Made by a program: the position numbers and the translations under genes. From Octopus bimaculoides (lineage: Eukaryota): a stretch of 62,667 nt of DNA. Where the stretch lies: NCBI RefSeq assembly GCF_001194135.2, contig NC_068984.1:31058724-31121390 (forward strand), given 5' to 3'. Positions 26,065 through 38,980 of this stretch are shown piece by piece. Numbering within the stretch: the first letter of the stretch is position 1; each line of letters begins with the position of its first letter. The notes beneath the pieces are model-generated. The model saw only the letters and a list, made by a program, of their open reading frames with translations, was not told where the DNA came from and made no database searches.

Positions 26065-26659
26065 GTATTTCTATTTCAAAATATATGTGTGTGTGTATGT
26101 ATGTATATGCATACATACATACATACATATATGTAATCACAATTGTCATTTAACCTCCACTTTTCCAAGCTTCCATGGGTCAGATGGAATATTTGTTGAG
26201 GTAGCTTTCCAGTGACCAGATGCCTTTTCTGTCACCGACATTCCTGTGTTTCCAAGAAAGGTAATATTTCTCCAAGACTGGAAACAAACATTGCTTATGT
26301 CAAAGTGATGCTTGAATACAACTGTCATATGATGCCAAGACATGGGTACACACACACTCATACACACATGGACAATTACCCATCCACTCGCAGACCCACA
26401 TACACATAGGCTTCTTTCAGTTTCCACTACTAAATCTATTGGCAAAACTTTGGTTGGTTTGGAGCTGTAGCAGAAGACACTTACCCTACGTGCAGTGAAA
26501 CTTAACATGAGTGTACATGCTTGAGAAGCAAGCTTTTCAGGCACACATTCATGCCTGCACTTATATGTACATATATATGTGTGTGTGTGTGTATATATGT
26601 CTTTGTGTGTGTGTATATATGTTTGTGCATGTGTGTATTTGTGTATTTGAGTGTCCGTG

Positions 26660-27948
26660 TGAACAGGGATTAATCTTCTATCTTCGCTCCTTTGCACCAC
26701 ATGGGCTCAACTCCCCTCCACTCTTCATCTAACCCCCTCCTCCTGTCTCTCTCCCCCACCCTCACTCCTACCACCCATCTCTCCCCTCCCCCACCACCTG
26801 CTCCGACTCCTACTTCTTTGTATGTCTCTTCACCTCTCTTCACTCCTACTTCTCTTCCTACTTCTCTTCATTCCTACTTCTCTTCCTACTTCTCTTCATT
26901 CCTACTTCNNNNNNNNNNNNNNNNNNNNNNNNNNNNNNNNNNNNNNNNNNNNNNNNNNNNNNNNNNNNNNNNNNNNNNNNNNNNNNNNNNNNNNNNNNNN
27001 NNNNNNNNNNNNNNNNNNNNNNNNNNNNNNNNNNNNNNNNNNNNNNNNNNNNNNNNNNNNNNNNNNNNNNNNNNNNNNNNNNNNNNNNNNNNNNNNNNNN
27101 NNNNNNNNNNNNNNNNNNNNNNNNNNNNNNNNNNNNNNNNNNNNNNNNNNNNNNNNNNNNNNNNNNNNNNNNNNNNNNNNNNNNNNNNNNNNNNNNNNNN
27201 NNNNNNNNNNNNNNNNNNNNNNNNNNNNNNNNNNNNNNNNNNNNNNNNNNNNNNNNNNNNNNNNNNNNNNNNNNNNNNNNNNNNNNNNNNNNNNNNNNNN
27301 NNNNNNNNNNNNNNNNNNNNNNNNNNNNNNNNNNNNNNNNNNNNNNNNNNNNNNNNNNNNNNNNNNNNNNNNNNNNNNNNNNNNNNNNNNNNNNNNNNNN
27401 NNNNNNNNNNNNNNNNNNNNNNNNNNNNNNNNNNNNNNNNNNNNNNNNNNNNNNNNNNNNNNNNNNNNNNNNNNNNNNNNNNNNNNNNNNNNNNNNNNNN
27501 NNNNNNNNNNNNNNNNNNNNNNNNNNNNNNNNNNNNNNNNNNNNNNNNNNNNNNNNNNNNNNNNNNNNNNNNNNNNNNNNNNNNNNNNNNNNNNNNNNNN
27601 NNNNNNNNNNNNNNNNNNNNNNNNNNACGTCAAGATCACCAGCATTCTACCTCCCACACACAGCCCCTCGTTCCCGATCACCGTTTGTTATCTCCCCCTT
27701 TCTTAGCTCTCCTGAAAAAAGAATTTCTAACTTCCGGTCAGCCATTATTATGATTGACCGTTGACTGAACACTATTCAATTTTTTTTCTCCGTGTTTTTC
27801 TCCTTGTCTCCGTATTCTTTCTGTTGAAGAGCGTAGCTCGAAACGTCAAAGACTTTCCGTATTCCCGAGCGTCATACTAATATATCCTTTTGTTATTTAC
27901 ACCACCTGTCCTCGTCTGTTGTTATTATTTGTATATTCTCCCATATAT
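26660..27948 (+). mobile_element. 3' end of a Penelope-like element spanning a gap: GIY-YIG C-terminus, pyrimidine-rich UTR with a 28-bp tandem unit, and terminal HHR
   Basis: EQGLIFYLRSFAPHGLNSPPLFI* at 26661-26732 resembles the PLE ORF terminus (EQ.LIF.L...P.G.N). The CpG-rich terminal segment after the gap carries the HHR motif. Continuity across the gap is inferred. Confidence 0.7.
27816..27852 (+). ncRNA. Minimal hammerhead-like motif with a CUGUUGA core
   Basis: TCTTT-CTGTTGA-A-GAGC(GTA)GCTC-GAAA-CG-TC-AAAGA: 5-bp stem I, 4-bp stem II, GUC triplet, and A6 replaced by U. Confidence 0.7.
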
Positions 27949-28325
27949 ATATATCTGCCTACATGTCTGCCTTCATATTACTTATCATCTTCAAAATGTA
28001 ATGACATGACTGTGATATAATTTCACTCAATTTCCTCTGGACTATTACCAACTTGTGAAACACATTACTCTAAATGTAGTTACAGTAACCAATTCTCTGC
28101 AACATTCTTAGACTGCATCACTTGTTCTCAAAATCTGGTGTGGTTCCACACAGTTCAGCAGTGAACTCACAAGCTGATACAGCTACTGCAGGAAGTATCA
28201 ATTCAGACAACTAAACTATGTATTTTACATGCATGAAACAATGAGACTTAGGTTTATCTAATTTATATTTTAATAATACATGCATGAAACAATATAATTT
28301 TTCATACTTTCCCGGTTTCTCACAG

Positions 28326-28369
28326 ATCCTGACCTAGATTTTGCAAATTTTCCTTCAGAGGGCAGATAG
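28326..28369 (+). CDS. Candidate 44-nt exon encoding (D)PDLDFANFPSEGR*; gene unknown
   Basis: Acceptor TTTTTCATACTTTCCCGGTTTCTCACAG| and donor AG|GTGGGT. Only one frame is open, ending in TAG at the donor. No partner exons identified. Confidence 0.25.
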
Positions 28370-28734
28370 GTGGGTGCCTGAAGCTTTCTAGCATTGAAAT
28401 GCATTTTGTCATCCTCATCATTACCCTTTTAGAGGGCAATGCTTAAAGTGATGATTTTTTTAAAACTGGAGTATTGGACCCTAACATTACAGGAATTGAA
28501 GAGTTTATAATACCTATGGGTCCTAAGGAAACGTTTTTTACCTTAATTAGCACCTGGAAGTCGCTAGTTACACTGTTTGAAATTTCTCAGTTGAATGGAA
28601 GATTGAACCAGATTAGTTTTCTCTTTCTGACTATTTTTGGGTACAGAGTTAGGAATAGGTGTCCTCCATATATACTGACTTATTGGTAAAACCACTTCTT
28701 GCTAACACCTTAATTAGAAGCCCTGTTCAAGCCA

Positions 28735-29190
28735 TTTTTTTCTCATGATAAATTAGAGTTCCTCCAACATTAGCACGCCATCATCTCACTGGCCCAATTT
28801 TTTTTTCTCCCCTTGATATTCACTGGTCGAAGAAGTGGCTTCAATCTGGCTACTCTACCATAGTAACCAAACTTGTAGAGATACCTGACAGCTGTTCTGG
28901 GACTGACATCAATTTGTTCTGCTATGTCAGAGGCCTTGCAATGAAGATTGTCCTCCATACATCACTTAACAAAGCAAAGAGTCCTGCCAGAGGGCCCTGG
29001 TTGACCTGGACAAGGTGATGTGAACTCCTTCCCTTCTCTAGTGAATTTCACAACCACTCTATTAACTGTAGAAAGTGGGATCCCAATGTTTTCTGTGATT
29101 TTATGCTGATGAAGTCCACCTTTAGATTGATACACAATACAGCCTGTTTGAAATTTAGACAGTTCCAAGGCTTCTTTTGTATGTGGCAGG
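28735..29190 (-). mobile_element. Tc1 transposase N-terminal remnant (internally deleted)
   Basis: [11 protein letters not shown]...[15 protein letters not shown] (HTH) and DIAEQIDVSPRTAVRYLYKFGYYGRVARLKPLLRPVN (Tc3-type second HTH and KPLL motif), with an in-frame stop between them. Confidence 0.85.
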
Positions 29191-29221
29191 ATTAAACAGT
29201 CGTATATGGAACCTGAAACAT

Positions 29222-29457
29222 AAAAATGTCCATCATCATCATCATCGTTTAACGTCCTCTTTCCATGCTAGCATGGGTTGGACGATTTGACTGAGGACTG
29301 GTGAAACCGGATGGCAACACCAGGCTCCAATCTAGTTTGGCAGAGTTTCTACAGCTGGATGCCCTTCCTAACGCCAACCACTCAGAGAGTGTAGTGGGTG
29401 CTTTTACGTGTCACCCGCACGAAGGCCAGTCAGGCGGTACTGGCAACGGCCACGCTC
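29222..29457 (-). mobile_element. Young copy of the RTE-tailed short repeat
   Basis: CATCATCATCGTTTAACGTCC...GGCAACGGCCACGC, with CpGs largely intact. Confidence 0.85.
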
Positions 29458-29554
29458 TATTCATAAAAAATATATAAATCTTTTGAAGTTAAAATAAATA
29501 TAAAACAATGTTTTATGGGGTGTCTATTTACTTCTGTTACGTCATTGTATATAT

Positions 29555-29712
29555 ACAACGGGCTTCTTTCAATTTCCATCTACCAAATCCACTCACAAGG
29601 CTTTGGTCAGCCCAAAGGCTATAGTAGAAGACATTTGACAAGGTGTCATGCAGTAGGACTGAACCCAGAACCATGTGATTTGGAAGCAAGCTTCTTACCA
29701 CACAGCCATGCA
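29555..29712 (-). mobile_element. 5' half of an OR/CORE-type SINE
   Basis: Matches 4810-4974. Confidence 0.75.
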
Positions 29713-30384
29713 TATATGTATGTATGTATGTATGTGTGTGTGTATTGAGAGAGAGAGGGAGAGAGAGACAGACAGACAGTTAGACAGACAAAGGGAGACA
29801 CACAAACACACACACACACACACACACAGAGGCACAGGCATGCTTATATGAAAAACTGAAAAGCAGCCAATTGTATAAATGTGGGTGTGTGTATGCATGC
29901 ATGTGTGTGTGTGTGTGTGTCATTGTGTTTATACGCCCACCATTGCTTGACAACCAGTGTTGGTATGCTTATGTTTCCTGCTTGGCAAGAAAGGCCTCTA
30001 GAATAAGTACCAGGCTTTGAAAATAAGTACTGAGTTTAGATCATTCAACTACTATTCTTAAAGGCAGTGTTCTGGCATGAAACAAGTAAATGAAAAAGAA
30101 AGAAGATAAAAAGATACATACACATGCATATATTTAAGTAAAATATCAGTCTCAAATAAAACTCTGTTCAATTTTGTGACTCAACATTTTCCGTCTCACT
30201 GTTGGATGTCTGAAGATTAAAGTTTATTGCACAGCAAAATGAGGCCCAATAGAGAATTACAAAATGGATTTACAAACATACAGAGCTATGAAACTGCAAA
30301 CATTGACATGTAAAACTATTTATATGCTTGTAGATTAGAATGTGTATTTATGTTTTAAATACATTATGCTCACTGAATATACAC

Positions 30385-30437
<53 letters not shown>

Positions 30438-30608
30438 AGGATTGCTTCAATATTCAAGGGGTAGTCTGAAGTATCTAAGCAACCAGGGGATAGTTAAATC
30501 CGAGGCACTCTTGGAGATTACATGTGTGGGTACCGTCTTTGTTAGAAGGTATCCAGAGGCAGGTAATTTATTGTTTAAACTGCAGTTTATAATTATATAA
30601 TTCTCCAC

Positions 30609-30648
<40 letters not shown>

Positions 30649-33065
30649 NNNNNNNNNNNNNNNNNNNNNNNNNNNNNNNNNNNNNNNNNNNNNNNNNNNN
30701 NNNNNNNNNNNNNNNNNNNNNNNNNNNNNNNNNNNNNNNNNNNNNNNNNNNNNNNNNNNNNNNNNNNNNNNNNNNNNNNNNNNNNNNNNNNNNNNNNNNN
30801 NNNNNNNNNNNNNNNNNNNNNNNNNNNNNNNNNNNNNNNNNNNNNNNNNNNNNNNNNNNNNNNNNNNNNNNNNNNNNNNNNNNNNNNNNNNNNNNNNNNN
30901 NNNNNNNNNNNNNNNNNNNNNNNNNNNNNNNNNNNNNNNNNNNNNNNNNNNNNNNNNNNNNNNNNNNNNNNNNNNNNNNNNNNNNNNNNNNNNNNNNNNN
31001 NNNNNNNNNNNNNNNNNNNNNNNNNNNNNNNNNNNNNNNNNNNNNNNNNNNNNNNNNNNNNNNNNNNNNNNNNNNNNNNNNNNNNNNNNNNNNNNNNNNN
31101 NNNNNNNNNNNNNNNNNNNNNNNNNNNNNNNNNNNNNNNNNNNNNNNNNNNNNNNNNNNNNNNNNNNNNNNNNNNNNNNNNNNNNNNNNNNNNNNNNNNN
31201 NNNNNNNNNNNNNNNNNNNNNNNNNNNNNNNNNNNNNNNNNNNNNNNNNNNNNNNNNNNNNNNNNNNNNNNNNNNNNNNNNNNNNNNNNNNNNNNNNNNN
31301 NNNNNNNNNNNNNNNNNNNNNNNNNNNNNNNNNNNNNNNNNNNNNNNNNNNNNNNNNNNNNNNNNNNNNNNNNNNNNNNNNNNNNNNNNNNNNNNNNNNN
31401 NNNNNNNNNNNNNNNNNNNNNNNNNNNNNNNNNNNNNNNNNNNNNNNNNNNNNNNNNNNNNNNNNNNNNNNNNNNNNNNNNNNNNNNNNNNNNNNNNNNN
31501 NNNNNNNNNNNNNNNNNNNNNNNNNNNNNNNNNNNNNNNNNNNNNNNNNNNNNNNNNNNNNNNNNNNNNNNNNNNNNNNNNNNNNNNNNNNNNNNNNNNN
31601 NTTTATACGCTCATATAATATGTATGTATTTGCCTGTCTGTATGTCTAAATATGTGTTTGCATGTATCTATGTGTTGGTTAGTATGCATGTATGTGTGTG
31701 TGTGTATGTGTATGGGTAGATATGCTTATATGTGATATGTATGTACATTTGTACTTGTGCAAGTCTACATGTGCATTAGTGTATGTATTGATGTGTGCAT
31801 GTATGTGTGTGTGTGTGTGTGTCTGTGTCTGTGCGTGTGTGTATAAGACACTCGTGTCATGAGTTATGATCTACATTGTAATCCATACAGTGAATTTTAA
31901 GGGCACAAATTTCACACACACCACACACACATACACATTTATATATTTTGCCCCTAAATTCATATTAAGCATTGATTTCAAATAACGTCAGATTTTAATG
32001 TCAAGTGGTAATATGGGACACATACTGATTATTTCTTTGTGTATGCACNNNNNNNNNNNNNNNNNNNNNNNNNNNNNNNNNNNNNNNNNNNNNNNNNNNN
32101 NNNNNNNNNNNNNNNNNNNNNNNNNNNNNNNNNNNNNNNNNNNNNNNNNNNNNNNNNNNNNNNNNNNNNNNNNNNNNNNNNNNNNNNNNNNNNNNNNNNN
32201 NNNNNNNNNNNNNNNNNNNNNNNNNNNNNNNNNNNNNNNNNNNNNNNNNNNNNNNNNNNNNNNNNNNNNNNNNNNNNNNNNNNNNNNNNNNNNNNNNNNN
32301 NNNNNNNNNNNNNNNNNNNNNNNNNNNNNNNNNNNNNNNNNNNNNNNNNNNNNNNNNNNNNNNNNNNNNNNNNNNNNNNNNNNNNNNNNNNNNNNNNNNN
32401 NNNNNNNNNNNNNNNNNNNNNNNNNNNNNNNNNNNNNNNNNNNNNNNNNNNNNNNNNNNNNNNNNNNNNNNNNNNNNNNNNNNNNNNNNNNNNNNNNNNN
32501 NNNNNNNNNNNNNNNNNNNNNNNNNNNNNNNNNNNNNNNNNNNNNNNNNNNNNNNNNNNNNNNNNNNNNNNNNNNNNNNNNNNNNNNNNNNNNNNNNNNN
32601 NNNNNNNNNNNNNNNNNNNNNNNNNNNNNNNNNNNNNNNNNNNNNNNNNNNNNNNNNNNNNNNNNNNNNNNNNNNNNNNNNNNNNNNNNNNNNNNNNNNN
32701 NNNNNNNNNNNNNNNNNNNNNNNNNNNNNNNNNNNNNNNNNNNNNNNNNNNNNNNNNNNNNNNNNNNNNNNNNNNNNNNNNNNNNNNNNNNNNNNNNNTA
32801 ATGTCAAGTGGTAATATGGGACACATACTGATTATTTCTTTGTGTATGCACGTGTGTGTGGCTCACTCTGCATACACACGTGTGTGTGTGTGTGTGTGAA
32901 TATGCATGTATATGTGTGTGTGTGCTTGCCTGCCTAGCATGTGTATGTGTGCATGTTGTGTTGCAGTAATTTCTGTCATAATACATTGATGAATATAATT
33001 GGGTATTATATTATAAATGAAGCTCTTATAACAAACATAAGTAAGAAACGTTTTATTAGTGCACA

Positions 33066-33170
33066 TATAGGTGCAGGAGTGGCTGTGTGATAAGTAGCTT
33101 GCTAACCAACCACATGAATCCGGGTTCAGTCCCACTGCGTTGCACCTTGGGTGAGTGTCTTCTACTATAT
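33066..33170 (+). mobile_element. 5' head of an OR/CORE-type SINE
   Basis: AGGTGCAGGAGTGGCTGTGTGATAAG...CGGGTTCAGTCCCACTGCGTTGCACCTTGGGTGAGTGTCTTC. Confidence 0.8.
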
Positions 33171-33842
33171 GATTTTTTGTTTGGATGCTCCTCCAGTCAC
33201 CAAGCCCTCTCTGTTTCCATGTAAGTAGTCTTTTTTGCCTGTTTATTCTCTATTACACATGCACAAGCATGCACACACACACACACACATACACACATGA
33301 ATGTATATGTGTGTGTGCCCATACATAGCGAAATACAAAGAGTCATAACTATTCAGTGTACAAAATTTCATCTGCTGTCTTAATTTTAAGATAATTATTT
33401 TAAAATAAGTGTACTTATCAATTGATTCAATTATTCAAATACCATAATGTAATCAAATATTGATTTGCAGATAGATTTTGTTATTTAATGTATCAAAAAG
33501 CCAATCAGTCAGACCTGAAGCTCTATGTTTGACATTGTTTCACTTTAAGTTTAGTAAATAAATTACTGGTGCATTAATAGTATTTTGTTTCAATGTTATG
33601 GAGACACTCTACATAATAATCATCTGTAAACAACTTCTCTCTCCATACAAGAACTTCATGGACAGTAAAAAAAACAATAATAAACTAATTAACACACACA
33701 TGTACACACACTATCACACACATATACCCAACCCATGCTAGCATGGAACAGAGACGTTAAATTATGATGAGACATTCATACACACACGTATATATATTTA
33801 TAAGCATATATATATGTATATGTACGTATATATATATGTATA

Positions 33843-33913
<71 letters not shown>

Positions 33914-34189
33914 NNNNNNNNNNNNNNNNNNNNNNNNNNNNNNNNNNNNNNNNNNNNNNNNNNNNNNNNNNNNNNNNNNNNNNNNNNNNNNNNNNNNNNN
34001 NNNNNNNNNNNNNNNNNNNNNNNNNNNNAAACAATCAGATACCAATAAATTCAAATGGAATTAATTTCCAACGAAGTTCCTCATATATGACAAGTAGATC
34101 CAAACATTGCTTAGAAGAATTTCAAGAAATATACATTTCCACTTCAACATCATCTATTTTACATCTATTGAAGACATGTTAATTCCTTG

Positions 34190-35050
34190 TTTTTACATCC
34201 CCCCGCCCAAAGTTTAATAATATTTTCTCGGCCTCTGTATGATTTTGAAATTTCTTTTTGCCTTTGTACATCAATTGTTTTTAACTTTGTCTTCGTTGGA
34301 ATTTGCTCTTAGCCTTAATAGCAGGGTGAGCCATCTTTTCCCTAAGTTTTTGTTGTTGTTCTGGTTCATTAACATTAAATTTTATTTGTAGTTTCTTTGG
34401 GAGGATGGTCGGTGTTGAATTAAGACATTTTCATGTTTCCGATTTTCCATTATTTTTAATTTTTAGAAATACTAAAAATTTTTGAAATACTGACAATTAT
34501 CTTTAATTTTTAGAAATACGAAAAGAACAGAAAGAGATTTCCTCCAACCTCATAGTCCTATCCAACACAATCGACGAAATAACACCTACACTAAGGAAAC
34601 GTTTGAAGACGGCAAAAGAAAAACGGAAGTAACGGCAGTATCTAAACCCTCAACCAGTTACGTAAAACTATAGAAATCGTGATGTTCCAGAAGCTGGAAC
34701 AAAGTAAAAGAAAAACTGAACTAGAAGATAACATCAACCTGCAACGAGAAACCTCTGCAATCGAAAACACTATTAAACATATTTGGAACCAAAATATCGC
34801 AGCCCATAAATTTGCTTTTTGGAACATTTGGGAATAATGGCAAAGCGAAATATATAAAAAAACGGCTCAATATACCACCGACAATCCTCTCAAACAGACT
34901 ACAAATAAAACCTATTGCTAATGAACACGAATAACAACAAAAACTTAGAATAAAGATGGCTCTCGACAAATTCAAAATGGAAACCTTGCTATTACGGTTA
35001 AGAGCAAATTCCAGCGAAGAAACTTTAAAACAATTGATGCACAAGGATTT
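34190..35050. mobile_element. Two diverged fragments of one element (probably the N-terminal ORF region of a Penelope-like element) in inverted orientation
   Basis: 34261-34420 (minus) aligns with 34875-35047 (plus), e.g. CCGACCATCCTCCCAAAGAAACTACAAATAAAA vs CCGACAATCCTCTCAAACAGACTACAAATAAAA. The PLE identity is recalled, not searched. Confidence 0.5.
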
Positions 35051-35363
35051 AACATCTCTTTAACGGTAGGGGGAGAAGTGCTCTTTGGTTCTCGAATTAT
35101 GAATCTCACTTCGAAAACGAGTACTCTACCGAGAACTCATTCCCAGAGAAAGTTAAAATCCACAAACCCCATTCTCCACTGATTAATTAAACACCTAAAT
35201 ATGGAAATTATATTTACCAACCTCATAAGGACAATTCAAGGATTATTCAACAAGATAATACAAGTAAACGAATGTGTGTGTGTGCATATAAGTATACACA
35301 CACACACACATATAGATATATATATATATACATACTCACATACATATATATGTGTGTATATAC

Positions 35364-35398
<35 letters not shown>

Positions 35399-35807
35399 GC
35401 ACCTGTAGTGATACAGCCTGCACTGATAGATTCAGAATATCCTTCTTGAAAGGGACAATTGCAGGATTGTCGTGCTGAATAAAGATTTGTGCTAAATCCA
35501 TCTTCAATTTCCGTCATCAATTATTGATGTATATACATAACAGTATCATTATACTCTTGTAGTGGTTGGCTTTAAGAAGGGCATCCAGCCATAGAAACAA
35601 TGCCAAATCATATTGGAGTCTGGTGCAGCCCCTCAGTTTACCAGTCTTGGTCAAACCATCCAACCCATGTCAGCATGGACAACAGACGCTAAATAATGAT
35701 GACACATATATATATATATATATATANNNNNNNNNNNNNNNNNNNNNNNNNNNNNNNNNNNNNNNNNNNNNNNNNNNNNNNNNNNNNNNNNNNNNNNNNG
35801 TGAGAGA

Positions 35808-35962
35808 CATACTCACCGGTAGAATTTCCACTTATTTCTTTTTTATTTAAAAAAATTTCCATTGCATCTTACAACCTTTACAATAGTATTGAAAAGGTAA
35901 GATATAATGAAAATTTTTTTTAAATAAAAAAGATATGAGTGGAAATTTTACCGGTGAGTGTG
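35808..35962. mobile_element. Foldback MITE with Tc1-like termini
   Basis: ~65-bp arms at roughly 85% identity (CATACTCACCGGTAGAATTTCCAC... / ...GTGGAAATTTTACCGGTGAGTGTG) around a ~25-nt loop. Confidence 0.8.
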
Positions 35963-36067
35963 TTAAATTATAAAGCACTAAAAGAGAATGACTCTCCCCA
36001 GACACAACAGAATATGCTTCAACACACGAACTCACATAAAGAATCTTGCAAACCAAATCCAAAGACG

Positions 36068-36098
<31 letters not shown>

Positions 36099-37255
36099 AC
36101 TCACAATTATAATAGGCTTATACAAGCCATTCCATGGCCAGTTAAAGATGTCATACAGAAACTGATAAAACTTTTCTCCATGAAAATACTGTATATAGAA
36201 TACATTTTTTATATACATAGTTGGCTAAAATCTATGGATATTCTCAGAATAGGGAATATATTTTCGACACAGTAGTATATTTCCAGTGATTATTTTCCAT
36301 GGGAAATTTTGTGAAATTTCTAACTAGAATTTATTTTCAGATAAAATAAAATTTACATATTTTAAATAATAATTTCCATTAAGAGCATACACACTTGTTT
36401 CCTGCTTCCTGATTTTTTAAATGGGCAATTTTGAAAGGGTGAAATCTGAATATAAACATGCTTCATACATTGTTTACCAAAATAATGAAGACATTATGAA
36501 TTTTAAAACTGCACCATAAGTGATTTCTTAACCATTGTCAAACTGGTACCAACTATATTTCTCTCCCTAATATATTTTAATGCTGAATGTTGACATTCGT
36601 ATTAAAATGGCTTCTACACTGATTCCTCTTTCTTGTGTAAACATATCTGTTTAAATACAGGTATTGGCAATTGTACATGCACCAGTAATATGTACTTATA
36701 TGAAGGCTAATATTGATAACTATTACATAGATTACTCTCTAATACCCTGAAGGATCAGGCTCCAGTTAAAACGTTATGGATTACTTAAAATCAGTGTCAT
36801 TTAGCAACCTTTCTATTGAAACTATTTGTATAAAAGAAAATGTTTGTATCAATATTTTGCATATTAGCTTTTCCAGACTATCCTTAAGAGAAATAATACT
36901 CCAAAATTGCTACACACCCATTAACACCCATGCCTGCATGGACACATGCATGTACATAAATACATAAATAACAAAAGTATATATGTATATGTCTAAATAT
37001 ATATATACATCATATATAGATGTGTATATACACGCACATCATTATCAACCTCATCATCATTTAATGTTTGTTTTCCATGCTGGCATGGGTTGGATGGTTT
37101 GAAAGGAGCTGGCCAGGTGAAGAGCTGTCCAGGCTGCATGGCCGTTCTGGATGCCCTTCCTAATACAAACCACTTTACAGAGTGTGCTGGGTGCTTTTAC
37201 ACAACATCACAGACCCACACACACACAAATATATATGTACGTATATATGTATGTA

Positions 37256-37321
<66 letters not shown>

Positions 37322-38980
37322 ATTATCATCATCATCATTTAACCTCCATTTGTCAATGCTGCCATGGGTTGGACGGTTTGACTTGGGCTGGCAAACTAGA
37401 AGGCTGCACCAGCCTCCTGTCTGATTTGGCATGGTTTCTACAGTTGGATACCCTTCTTCATGCCGCTGTATATATATATTGTGGATGGTGGCATTAGAAA
37501 GGGTATCAAACTAGAAAACATGCTAAAGCAGACACGAGACTATGATGCAGTCCTTGGTTCATCGAATTCTTGTCAAACCATCCATTCGATGCCAACAGAA
37601 ACATGGAGTTTAAATGATGTTGTCTATGATGATATATATACATATGTGATTAAGTATTTAAAAAAAAATTATGACTGCTTTGCTCTTGGTTTAAAATTTA
37701 GTATGAGTTATTAGAGGTAGTTTTGTTTTACATATATTCAGTTTGTCTGCAGATAAGCTTATATTAATTTACACCCAGTGTAGTAGACAAAATATATGCC
37801 TGTCATAATACACCTGATAAAACTTAGTCTTTTTAAAATGCTACCATATTTTAAAACATTTAAGTAACATTTGCAAATGTTACTTTATGAATTTTTCAAG
37901 ATATCTTAAACTACCACAAATATGCATGCCAGTATTCAAATTTGTTGAATGTTCAGATAAATGGTCATTGTAATTTGAAATATCATAATATCCTTTCTTT
38001 TCTATTATAGGTACTGAAATTTTGGGTGTGGAGCTAGTTTATTACAATGATATTTATTAACACTTTATTTTACTAACTCCAAAAGGATGAAAGGCAAAGT
38101 AACCCACAGTAGTCTTTGTACTCAGAACATAAAGCGATGCTAGAAATACCACAAAACATTTTGTCTGACACAGTAATGGTTCTGCCAACTCTTCAGCTTT
38201 ATATCATAATTCTGTAATATCATAATATCATAGGTATCTATGCCCACTGTAAAGAAGTCAGTAGCATGTTAGCTGACTTTTTCTTTTTTACATACCCCTT
38301 CTGGTTTTTAGTCACAGGTGTGGTTGCAAAATATGACGTCTGCTTCCCAACCACATGGTTCAATCCCACTGCATGGCACCTTCGGCAAGTGTCTTCAACA
38401 TTACCCTCAGTTGGACCAAAGCCTTATGAGTGGATTTAGCAGAAGGAAACTAAAAGAAGACATTATATCAGCTGCTGTTTAACAGCCACACCCACTAAAT
38501 ATGAAAAGTCTGCAATATGAAAGATCTAACCCCAGCAAGCTTAAGAGCTTCACTATGACATGATATGTGCCTTCCATACACACTGATTGCCTCTTCCTAA
38601 TAACAGTCTTCAAGTTCTCTACCATCACTTCTGTGTCCCTATTAGTAATCTCCTTATATAGTAATGAGCACATTGTTTTCATATATTTGTATACATATAT
38701 ATATTTGTCCAGAATCATGCCGGACGCAGAGGAGGAGAGAGAATAGTAATTCAGTGAGTGAAGGAAAAGTAGTGAGAGTAATAGCCATAGCTGAGAGAGA
38801 GTGAGAGAAATTAATAGCAATGAGAAAAAGGAAGGGGTGATAGATGAATAAGGAAGGAAAGAGTGAAAAAATATCAGTTTCAACTCTGTGAGAGTATATA
38901 TGCGTATGTGTGTGTGTGTACAAGGGAAGTATGTGATTGTTTGTACGTGTGATTATTATGTACCTTATTTTGTATCTTAT

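Noticed and set aside
29285-29315. CTGAGGA...GAAAC inside the RTE-tailed repeat as a possible hammerhead
   Set aside because: No stem II closes between the core motifs and there is no stem I complementarity.
31998-32850. Identical 51-bp sequence on both sides of an N gap (31998-32048 and 32800-32850)
   Set aside because: Most likely overlapping contig ends separated by a spurious gap, i.e. a scaffolding artefact rather than a real duplication.
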